DNA from: a virus
Taxonomy: Duplodnaviria > Caudoviricetes
IMG/VR virus record: IMGVR_UViG_3300046028_005371
Coordinates: 1 to 54,960 of that record
DNA: 54,960 bases
Strand: one strand, 5' to 3'
Each line of letters begins with the position of its first letter. Positions within the stretch are counted from its first letter, which is position 1. The position numbers and the translations under genes are program-made. The notes below the pieces were generated by a model. It worked only from the letters and a program-made list of their open reading frames with translations. It did no database searches and was not told where the DNA came from. This document shows, in pieces, positions 38,113-44,122 of the stretch.

Positions 38113-38510
38113 TATTCTACGGCCCTCCTAAAAATAAGTTCCTGCTTTGAAAACGCATCTTGTTCCCAAGGCATGTCCAAATACTTAGTCTTCTTGTTAT
38201 ATTTCTTTCCGCGCCAGTAATTGACACCATTTTCTACTTTAAGAATACCTTTGGCCATTTGACGAACATGAACCATTTCGTGGGCAAGTGTTACTCCCAT
38301 ATCAACAAACCAACCCGGCTTAACAACTACAACATAGGCATCTAACCCATTTAATGGCATAGTCATACCGTGTCCACCGCATTCGTTGGCAACTCGAACT
38401 AGTAAAACTTTTTTACTATTTTCCAATTTAAGTTGTTTGATCATAGAGGGTAAAATTGCCTCTATGAATTTACGCTTCTTTACGCTACGAGTTTCTACCA
38501 AAAATTCCAT
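38112..38510 (-). CDS. HEXXH metallopeptidase-like protein
   Basis: TLAHEMVHVRQ...PWEQDA. Confidence 0.8.
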   Translation of the reverse strand: MEFLVETRSVKKRKFIEAILPSMIKQLKLENSKKVLLVRVANECGGHGMTMPLNGLDAYVVVVKPGWFVDMGVTLAHEMVHVRQMAKGILKVENGVNYWRGKKYNKKTKYLDMPWEQDAFSKQELIFRRAVE

Positions 38511-38534
38511 TATATTACTCCTTGCTATGTATAT

Positions 38535-38563
38535 ATTATAGCATGGTTTTACCAGTTTGTCAA
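38535..38563 (-). promoter_or_regulatory. Sigma70-type promoter upstream of the RNA-repair genes
   Basis: TTGACA-17nt-TATAAT; spacer nearly identical to that at 47076-47104. Confidence 0.85.
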
Positions 38564-38579
38564 CCTATAAATATATATT

Positions 38580-38786
38580 ATGAAGCCAAAAACTCATCTT
38601 GAAGAAATCCAACAAGAGATCGACGAGTTACTCGAACTTTGTTATAAAGGCGATAAAATGGAATCGTTGATCTATCAACGTGGATTATTATCTGGGTGGT
38701 TGGCAAGGCTTGCATCTACAGACTATATTGTCCATAACGAAATAAAAGAACGCCTTTATAACGCCAAAAGAAAAACCTCACCGTAG
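38580..38786 (+). CDS. Hypothetical protein
   Basis: 68-aa ORF after TATAAATA. Confidence 0.55.
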   Translation: MKPKTHLEEIQQEIDELLELCYKGDKMESLIYQRGLLSGWLARLASTDYIVHNEIKERLYNAKRKTSP

Positions 38787-38818
38787 AATTACATTCCATT
38801 GGGTGGGGCCGTGTTGTT

Positions 38819-38892
38819 TGGAGCGGGTAGAGAGAATCGAACTCTCACGCTAACCTTGGCAAGGTCACAAGCTACCATTACATCATACCCGC
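38819..38892 (-). tRNA. tRNA-Gly(GCC)
   Basis: Cloverleaf; UCCA end. Confidence 0.9.
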
Positions 38893-38893
38893 A

Positions 38894-39559
38894 TTAAAGA
38901 TATTTTTTTTGTCTTAGTATAGGCGGTTTTGTGTTAGTGCCTATTTTTGTCACAAAAAAGACCTGTGTTAATCTAAGATCAGAATCTGAATAATAACTGT
39001 TTACGCCGTGAGCAGAACTTGAATCAAATGCAATTAATCGATTGTAGACATTATTAAATCTAATTGTTTCAATATATGCATCCCTATGCCTTTGAATACG
39101 GTTATCATAATCAGAATCTATACCATTTTTATAAAAATCTTTTTTAGCATTAGATAGATCTAATTTTTCTTTATCAACTAATTTAAAAATAGAAGTTCCA
39201 CAATTTAAATCTATTTTAGGAGTTAAGAAAATAACTCCGGCAAAAATAACATTTTCATCATAATGAACCCAACCCATATTCTTTGGAGACATTGGATTAG
39301 GATCAACAGACGGTATCAATTGAAAACTTGTGTCTATTTCGTAGCTAATAGATTCAGAATCTAAATCAAAGAATACCGAAAGTAGTTTATTACAAAATTG
39401 ATTAAAAAAATTCTTATCTAATTCATCTAAGCGTTTTGTTCGCTTTCCCGGATAGTTGCCTTCTACCGGCACTGAATATTCCTGCTTTAGTGCAAGTGCT
39501 CGAACACTATCTGGATCACTGTAAAAGTCATCAATACATAAGGCAGGAATATTATTCAT
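38894..39559 (-). CDS. 2OG-Fe(II) oxygenase-like protein (DUF6445-like)
   Basis: IDDFYSDPD, YPGKRT, WVHYD, YNRLIAFD...H and RLTQVFF motifs. Confidence 0.75.
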   Translation of the reverse strand: MNNIPALCIDDFYSDPDSVRALALKQEYSVPVEGNYPGKRTKRLDELDKNFFNQFCNKLLSVFFDLDSESISYEIDTSFQLIPSVDPNPMSPKNMGWVHYDENVIFAGVIFLTPKIDLNCGTSIFKLVDKEKLDLSNAKKDFYKNGIDSDYDNRIQRHRDAYIETIRFNNVYNRLIAFDSSSAHGVNSYYSDSDLRLTQVFFVTKIGTNTKPPILRQKKYL

Positions 39560-39565
39560 GTTGAA

Positions 39566-39796
39566 TTAACGAATCCGTTTTAGATATTCTCGGCCTATCC
39601 TACCTTCTTGAATATCAAGTAAAGCAGCCACAGGTGCATTTAACTGACTTTTGTTTTCAGCATGACGATGTTGTCGTGATAATTCTCTGGCCCTAGTGGA
39701 TGCAATTAGTACCATGTCGAATCGATTTCCTCCAACCATTTCTACACATTTTTCAGTGTCAATTGTTGTACCGCGACTTAGTTGTTTAATAGCCAT
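39566..39796 (-). CDS. rpoZ: RNA polymerase omega subunit homolog
   Basis: NRFDMVLIASTRAREL...PVAALLDIQEG. Confidence 0.85.
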   Translation of the reverse strand: MAIKQLSRGTTIDTEKCVEMVGGNRFDMVLIASTRARELSRQHRHAENKSQLNAPVAALLDIQEGRIGREYLKRIR

Positions 39797-39818
39797 ATAT
39801 ACCTTTACGTTAAAAAAA

Positions 39819-39897
39819 TGGTTGCGGAGGATGGATTCGAACCACCGATCTCTAGCTTATGAGACTAGCGGGGACGACCGAACTCCCCTACTCCGCG
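39819..39897 (-). tRNA. tRNA-fMet-like (CAU)
   Basis: C1xA72 mismatch; loop CUCAUAA. Confidence 0.85.
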
Positions 39898-39905
39898 ATA
39901 ACTAA

Positions 39906-39979
39906 TGGTCTCGGTAGCAGGAATCGAACCTACGCTCCTGCGTCCCAAACGCAGAGTGATACCATTTCACCATACCGAG
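39906..39979 (-). tRNA. tRNA-Pro(UGG)
   Basis: Cloverleaf; loop UUUGGGA. Confidence 0.9.
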
Positions 39980-39994
39980 AATAAACTAATTAGT

Positions 39995-40074
39995 GTGTAA
40001 GCATGACCAAACCTGCTACTTACACTTCAGATGTCTTACCTTGTCACGTGGCGTTGTGGTCAAACCATACATCT
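39995..40074 (-). ncRNA. Unassigned two-hairpin RNA with possible loop-loop pairing
   Basis: Stems AGAUGU/ACAUCU and GUGUAAGUA/UGCUUACAC; UGACCA/UGGUCA complement. Confidence 0.45.
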
Positions 40075-40083
40075 TACTAAACT

Positions 40084-40159
40084 TGGTACCTGGTGACAGA
40101 CTCGAACTGTCATCGCTCTCCGTGTAAAGGAGACGTATAACCTCTCTACGCAACCAGGC
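40084..40159 (-). tRNA. tRNA-Val(UAC)
   Basis: Cloverleaf; loop UUUACAC. Confidence 0.9.
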
Positions 40160-40169
40160 ATACTATTTC

Positions 40170-40243
40170 TGGAGCGGGGTAGGAGAATCGAACTCCTCGC
40201 TTTAGCTTGGAAGGCTAAGGTATTACCACTATACGAACCCCGC
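40170..40243 (-). tRNA. tRNA-Gly(UCC)
   Basis: Cloverleaf; UCCA end. Confidence 0.92.
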
Positions 40244-40247
40244 ATAC

Positions 40248-40322
40248 TTTATTGAAACATACTACACCAGCTGGGAGTCTCGAATTTTGCGAGCCATACA
40301 AGATGCAATCTGTTTCAATAAA
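40248..40322 (-). ncRNA. Stem-closed intergenic RNA (AAACA...UGUUU family)
   Basis: 12-bp closing stem UUUAUUGAAACA/UGUUUCAAUAAA. Confidence 0.5.
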
Positions 40323-40525
40323 GTGTCTAGCTACCTACACCACATAGGCCCTAAACTGAGCTGTTACTCTGTCCATAACATTTATTCTTTTGGAAAGGTG
40401 TTATACCTCACCTAATGCGTTCCCGCCACTCCACCACAGAGTACGGATGGTCATTGCACTACAAACCTAGCACTCTCTATGGTGACTGCCCCACCCCCGT
40501 TTATTACGTGTACGGGATCACGGGT
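40323..40525 (-). ncRNA. Unassigned ~200-nt structured RNA
   Basis: GC-richer ORF-free spacer between tRNAs with several hairpins. Confidence 0.45.
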
Positions 40526-40529
40526 TTTC

Positions 40530-40593
40530 AACAGGTTAATACTAGTTTAGTGACCTAGCAGTCGCCATATTTTTGATAGCTGTAATTAACCTA
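40530..40593 (-). ncRNA. Anticodon-display repeat, copy 1 (divergent)
   Basis: UAGGUUAAU-UACAGCUA...AUUAACCUGUU with internal GAC-UGCUAG-GUC hairpin. Confidence 0.55.
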
Positions 40594-40597
40594 AAAC

Positions 40598-40673
40598 TGG
40601 TGCCGGTTGTCGGAATCGAACTGACCACATCCGCCTTACAAGAGCGGCGCTCTACCAAATGAGCTAAACCGGC
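40598..40673 (-). tRNA. tRNA-Thr(UGU)
   Basis: Cloverleaf. Confidence 0.92.
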
Positions 40674-40687
40674 ATTAAAATTATTTA

Positions 40688-40867
40688 TTAACCGCCTTGG
40701 ATTGAGTCTTTAACTTCTGATCTTTTAGCAATCTCTTCGAACGCTTCATCTTCATTTTTCTGATCTTCTATTGTGCGAGGATCGGGCTTACGAAAAATTG
40801 CATCATAGTTATTACTAAACTGATTCTGACTAACACTATATGGACGAGGTCTGCTACCTTTGCTCAT
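40688..40867 (-). CDS. Small hypothetical phage protein
   Basis: 59 aa, MSKGSRPRPYSV...NYDAIF; AAGGA RBS. Confidence 0.65.
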   Translation of the reverse strand: MSKGSRPRPYSVSQNQFSNNYDAIFRKPDPRTIEDQKNEDEAFEEIAKRSEVKDSIQGG

Positions 40868-40883
40868 GTTAATTTCCTTTATA

Positions 40884-40958
40884 TGGTGGACCGAGGGAGG
40901 ATCGAACTCCCACCCGAGGCTTGCAAAGCCACTGTGCTCCCATTATCACTATCAGCCC
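40884..40958 (-). tRNA. tRNA-Ala(UGC)
   Basis: Cloverleaf; G3:U70. Confidence 0.9.
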
Positions 40959-40967
40959 ATTGTATTT

Positions 40968-41102
40968 TCATCTTGTAAACTTACGAATAAACATAAGCCA
41001 GTAATATCGAAAACCTCGATATGTTGTCCAGATTTCAAAACTAGGAGTACATTCTCTAGGAATGTTGCCATAGGCACGATCTAAAACATCTTTTGATTTC
41101 AT
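40968..41102 (-). CDS. Small hypothetical protein
   Basis: 44 aa, MKSKDVLDRAYGNIPRE...; AAGGAG RBS. Confidence 0.6.
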   Translation of the reverse strand: MKSKDVLDRAYGNIPRECTPSFEIWTTYRGFRYYWLMFIRKFTR

Positions 41103-41121
41103 ACCTACTCCTTTTTATTTG

Positions 41122-41198
41122 TGGTGCCCTGGGAGAGACTCGAACTCTCAGCTTACGGCTTCTAAGACCGCTGTGTTTACCAATTTCACCACCGGGGC
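41122..41198 (-). tRNA. tRNA-Leu(UAG), short variable loop
   Basis: Loop CUUAGAA; 5-nt variable region. Confidence 0.85.
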
Positions 41199-41206
41199 AT
41201 AAAACT

Positions 41207-41235
41207 ATTGTAACAGGATATTTATAAACTGTCAA
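41207..41235 (-). promoter_or_regulatory. Sigma70-type promoter inside the tRNA array
   Basis: TTGACA-17nt-TACAAT. Confidence 0.7.
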
Positions 41236-41325
41236 TGGTCCCGCAGTGTGGAATCGAACCACATCCTGGACCTTATCTAGATTAATCGCTTATAAAACGA
41301 CCTGCTCTCCTTGAGCTACTGCGGG
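41236..41325 (-). tRNA. tRNA with UAU (Ile) anticodon and long variable arm
   Basis: Loop UUUAUAA; variable region of about 20 nt. Confidence 0.8.
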
Positions 41326-41334
41326 AAAAACTAT

Positions 41335-41410
41335 TGGCGTCCCATAGCGGATTCGAACCGCTGTGAATACCGTGAAAGGGTACTATCCTAGGCCTCTAGA
41401 TGAATGGGAC
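41335..41410 (-). tRNA. tRNA-Glu(UUC)
   Basis: Cloverleaf; GCCA end. Confidence 0.92.
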
Positions 41411-41419
41411 AAATAAAAT

Positions 41420-41545
41420 GTTAGGTGTGCTATTACGCTAAAAGGGAATTAATCCTTACCAGTTACGGGGTGACCTTTTACTTCCTAGACTATATCTAGG
41501 CCCTACTCCTTAGAGGATGGACGCTTTTAATCCCACCTTCCTAAC
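41420..41545 (-). ncRNA. Unassigned ~125-nt structured RNA
   Basis: Closing stem GUUAGG/CCUAAC; hairpin CCUAGA/UCUAGG. Confidence 0.4.
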
Positions 41546-41546
41546 C

Positions 41547-41632
41547 ATATAAAAACACACTCTTAAACTCTTCTTCAGCTTCTAGTCGCTATCTCCCTTA
41601 CTAATCGGGCGTTGAGTAAGTGTGTTTATATA
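41547..41632 (-). ncRNA. Stem-closed intergenic RNA (AAACACAC...GUGUGUUU family)
   Basis: AAACACACU/AGUGUGUUU closing stem. Confidence 0.5.
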
Positions 41633-41719
41633 TGGTGCGAGTGGCCGGAATCGAACCGGCACGCCGATTAAAGCGAGAGATTTTAAGTCTCTTGTGTCTA
41701 CCTATTTCACCACACTCGC
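41633..41719 (-). tRNA. tRNA-Leu(UAA), canonical class II
   Basis: Long variable arm. Confidence 0.93.
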
Positions 41720-41773
41720 AAATGCTTTTTTACAATTTTAAAGAACAGTGTTAATTGCTTAACATAAGCATAT

Positions 41774-41802
41774 ATTATAGCATCGTTCTGCGTGTGTGTC
41801 AA
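41774..41802 (-). promoter_or_regulatory. Sigma70-type promoter inside the tRNA array
   Basis: TTGACA-17nt-TATAAT. Confidence 0.85.
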
Positions 41803-41803
41803 G

Positions 41804-41877
41804 TGGTGCTCAGGGAAAGAATCGAACTTTCTATCCAGTCTTACTAAGACTGTGTTATACCATTTAACTACAAGAGC
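41804..41877 (-). tRNA. tRNA-Thr(AGU)
   Basis: Stem CAGUC/GACUG, loop UUAGUAA; two acceptor-stem mismatches. Confidence 0.75.
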
Positions 41878-41880
41878 AGT

Positions 41881-41955
41881 TGGTCTCGCCACCCCGAATC
41901 GAACAGGGATCAAAAGTTTAGGAAACTTCTATTCTATCCGTTGAACTATAGCGAG
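41881..41955 (-). tRNA. tRNA-Arg(CCU)
   Basis: Loop UUCCUAA. Confidence 0.88.
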
Positions 41956-41960
41956 ATGTG

Positions 41961-42035
41961 TGGTCCGGCGTAACAGAATCGAACTGCTGTTTAGAAGGTA
42001 GAAGCTTCCTGTATTTTCCACTATACGAACGCCAG
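41961..42035 (-). tRNA. tRNA-Arg(UCU)
   Basis: Loop CUUCUAC. Confidence 0.88.
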
Positions 42036-42038
42036 ATA

Positions 42039-42112
42039 TGGTAGTTCCTGAAAGAATTGAACTTTCGTCTTCACCGTGTCGAGGTAGCGTTCTACCATTG
42101 AACTAAGGAACT
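42039..42112 (-). tRNA. tRNA-Val(GAC)
   Basis: Loop UCGACAC (C33). Confidence 0.82.
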
Positions 42113-42116
42113 GAAT

Positions 42117-42193
42117 TGGTACCCCTGGGCAGATTCGAACCGCCAACCAACAGATTTTAAGTCTATCCGCACTACCAATTAGCGTACAGGGGC
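42117..42193 (-). tRNA. tRNA-Leu(UAA), short variable loop
   Basis: Loop CUUAAAA; variable region UGGUU. Confidence 0.85.
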
Positions 42194-42194
42194 A

Positions 42195-42464
42195 TTATAG
42201 ATTAAACACGCTGTCCAACCACCAATGTGGAAATAATGGATCATCGTATAATTCTTGCTTGCGAAGATAACCTTTTTCAAAGTCTTCCTTCCACATTTCA
42301 ATATGGACGTTAAGCCATTGCTTGCCAACGTAGTATCCATTTCGTTGTCTGTCTGTTATGTTAGTTCCGTGTGACTCATAGTTGAACATTTCAACTAGAG
42401 ACTCTTCACTGTAGTCTAATACATGTTCCCATTGACGAGAAAATATTCGATAGACTTCAGACAT
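42195..42464 (-). CDS. Hypothetical phage protein
   Basis: 89-aa ORF between tRNAs; FPHWWLD. Confidence 0.7.
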   Translation of the reverse strand: MSEVYRIFSRQWEHVLDYSEESLVEMFNYESHGTNITDRQRNGYYVGKQWLNVHIEMWKEDFEKGYLRKQELYDDPLFPHWWLDSVFNL

Positions 42465-42525
42465 TTTACGAAACTTGTTACTTACTTTGCGTTTAGCGAT
42501 GACATAGCATCCTCCTATTAAATTT

Positions 42526-42602
42526 TGGTACCTTCAGGCGGATTCGAACCCCCAACCACCTGCTTCTAAGGCAAGCCGCACTACCAATTAGCGTACGAAG
42601 GC
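42526..42602 (-). tRNA. tRNA-Leu(UAG), short variable loop
   Basis: Loop CUUAGAA; same D arm as 42117 and 42676. Confidence 0.85.
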
Positions 42603-42608
42603 AAATAA

Positions 42609-42669
42609 AACAGGATCAACTTTGATTTCATTTACAGTGAAAGTTTTTAAGTTTGCTGAACTGATCCTA
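42609..42669 (-). ncRNA. Anticodon-display repeat, copy 2 (Tyr GUA loop)
   Basis: UAGGAUCAG-UUCAGCAA...UUUCA-CUGUAAA-UGAAA...UUGAUCCUGUU. Confidence 0.75.
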
Positions 42670-42675
42670 AAACTT

Positions 42676-42752
42676 TGGTACCCCGTGTCTGATTCGAACA
42701 GACATCCAACAGATTTTGAATCTATCCGCACTACCAATTAGCGTAACGGGGC
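42676..42752 (-). tRNA. tRNA-Leu(CAA), short variable loop
   Basis: Loop UUCAAAA. Confidence 0.85.
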
Positions 42753-42757
42753 ATATA

Positions 42758-42810
42758 TGGTGGTGGACTTCTGGGCCCATGGAACCCATCACCTCGCGAG
42801 TACGTCCACC
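42758..42810 (-). ncRNA. 53-nt T-armless mini-tRNA-like RNA
   Basis: GGUGGAC/GUCCACC-A-CCA acceptor; UGGGU-UCCAUGG-GCCCA stem-loop. Confidence 0.7.
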
Positions 42811-42816
42811 GTAACT

Positions 42817-42892
42817 TGGTACCAACTTGAGGGATCGAACCTCATTCCACGGTGCTTCAAACCGTTGCTATGACCACATCAGCTAAGTTGGC
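42817..42892 (-). tRNA. tRNA-Phe(GAA)
   Basis: Loop UUGAAGC (G37). Confidence 0.85.
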
Positions 42893-42898
42893 AAATTT

Positions 42899-42972
42899 TG
42901 GGTTGAACCGGGGAATCGAACCCTCTCTAACTGTTTCACAGACAGTTGTGCGACCACTACACTAGGAACAAC
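42899..42972 (-). tRNA. tRNA-His(GUG)
   Basis: G-1:C73; loop CUGUGAA. Confidence 0.85.
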
Positions 42973-42978
42973 ATTGAA

Positions 42979-43055
42979 TGGTGCAACCGGAGAGATTCGA
43001 ACTCCCGACACCTGACTTCGTAGGCCAGTGCTCTATCCAACTGAGCTACGGTCGC
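42979..43055 (-). tRNA. tRNA-Arg(ACG)
   Basis: Cloverleaf. Confidence 0.93.
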
Positions 43056-43061
43056 ATTATT

Positions 43062-43137
43062 TGGCAGGGGAGATGAGATTCGAACTCATGATGACGATTT
43101 CAAAGACCGTTGCCTTAGGCCACTAGGCGACACCCCA
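43062..43137 (-). tRNA. tRNA-Gln(UUG)
   Basis: Cloverleaf; GCCA end. Confidence 0.9.
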
Positions 43138-43146
43138 ACAATTGAA

Positions 43147-43359
43147 TTTGTAAGTAGTTCCCCCATCGTTATAGGAACCATTCACCCGTGTAATAAATCC
43201 GGACGGGATTCGGTAAGTCACTTGGGATACTAGTCCAGTTTGTCTCCGTTACAGACACCACCCTTCCGAGTGGTTGGGAGTTGAACCCATCACCTTCTAC
43301 TGCTTCGGTCCTTCGAAGAAACCTAGACAGCATGACATTCTCTTGCTGACACTTACAAA
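43147..43359 (-). ncRNA. Unassigned ~213-nt highly structured RNA
   Basis: 9-bp closing stem UUUGUAAGU/ACUUACAAA; multiple tetraloop hairpins; T-loop-like GGGUUCAACUCCC. Confidence 0.65.
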
Positions 43360-43362
43360 ACT

Positions 43363-43438
43363 TGGTAGTAACGGTGGGACTCGAACCCACGATCGACACC
43401 GTATGAAGGTGGTGCATTAGCCACTATGCTACGTTACC
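43363..43438 (-). tRNA. tRNA with CAU anticodon (elongator Met or Ile2)
   Basis: Loop UUCAUAC. Confidence 0.85.
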
Positions 43439-43519
43439 ATAGAAAAACACACTCAAGTCCGCGGCACGGAAGGCACTATACCCGCGATGGTCTATGACCA
43501 GGCCTAATGTGTTTATCTA
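43439..43519 (-). ncRNA. Stem-closed intergenic RNA (AAACACA...UGUGUUU family)
   Basis: AGAUAAACACAUU/AGUGUGUUUUUCU closing stem; GC-rich interior. Confidence 0.5.
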
Positions 43520-43595
43520 TGGTAGGACCGCTGGGACTCGAACCCAGAATTGGCAGATTAAAAGTCTGCTGTGATAACCATTTCACTACGATCCC
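43520..43595 (-). tRNA. tRNA-Lys(UUU)
   Basis: Loop CUUUUAA. Confidence 0.92.
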
Positions 43596-43600
43596 ATGTA

Positions 43601-43677
43601 TGGTCCACAGCGTCAGATTCGAACTGACACCTCATCGGTTAAGAGCCGAGTACGCTACCGTTAAACGCCAGCTGTGG
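43601..43677 (-). tRNA. tRNA-Lys(CUU)
   Basis: Loop CUCUUAA. Confidence 0.87.
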
Positions 43678-43700
43678 ATAGTTACGTATTAAATTTTCTT

Positions 43701-43769
43701 TTACGTGCCTATCCAAGACCATACATGGGATCTTAGAAGACACTAAAGTTTAGCAGAGCTTCGCTTCAT
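43701..43769 (-). promoter_or_regulatory. Mini-ORF MKRSSAKL-UAG followed by a long hairpin
   Basis: AGAGG RBS; hairpin GUGUCUUCUAAGAUC/GGUCUUGGAUAGGCAC starts at the stop codon. Confidence 0.45.
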
Positions 43770-43797
43770 TGTGTTACCTCTTTGTGTTTAAGTTAGT

Positions 43798-43826
43798 ATT
43801 ATACAACCTTTTGCAGTAGTTGTCAA
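43798..43826 (-). promoter_or_regulatory. Sigma70-type promoter inside the tRNA array
   Basis: TTGACA-17nt-TATAAT. Confidence 0.85.
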
Positions 43827-43838
43827 CTGTTTTTGTTT

Positions 43839-43898
43839 AACAGGATTCGCTTTTTTTCATTTACAGTGAAAGTTTTTAAATTTGCTGAAAGAATCCTA
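43839..43898 (-). ncRNA. Anticodon-display repeat, copy 3 (Tyr GUA loop)
   Basis: UAGGAUUC-UUUCAGCAA...UUUCA-CUGUAAA-UGAAA...GAAUCCUGUU. Confidence 0.75.
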
Positions 43899-43902
43899 AA
43901 CT

Positions 43903-43977
43903 TGGTACTGTCGACGGGTATCGATCCCGCTTCTCCACCTTGAAAGGGTAGCGTCCTAGCCACTAGACGACGACAGT
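43903..43977 (-). tRNA. tRNA-Glu(UUC)
   Basis: Loop CUUUCAA; A54-type T loop. Confidence 0.87.
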
Positions 43978-43984
43978 GTAATAA

Positions 43985-44043
43985 AACAGGATGCTTATTT
44001 TTCAATTAAAAGTTGAATTTTATAAGTTGCTGAACGCATCCTA
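43985..44043 (-). ncRNA. Anticodon-display repeat, copy 4 (Lys UUU loop)
   Basis: UAGGAUGC-GUUCAGCAA...UUCAA-CUUUUAA-UUGAA...GCAUCCUGUU. Confidence 0.75.
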
Positions 44044-44047
44044 AACT

Positions 44048-44122
44048 TGGTAGCCACGGACAATTTTGAAATGTCGACTTATCGCTTATCAAGCGATTAC
44101 TCTGCCTCTGAGTTACGCGGCT
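44048..44122 (-). tRNA. tRNA-Ile(GAU)
   Basis: AUCGC-UUGAUAA-GCGAU; 5' end overlaps the HNH stop codon. Confidence 0.85.

Noticed and set aside
43147-43359. tmRNA, RNase P RNA or group I intron
   Set aside because: No tRNA-Ala-like ends with a tag ORF, no RNase P GAGGAAAGUCC core, and both flanking tRNAs are complete.
40530-44043. CRISPR array interpretation of the UAGG...CAGC...CCUG repeats
   Set aside because: Copies are dispersed, covary as RNA stems and have no regular spacers; no cas genes are present.
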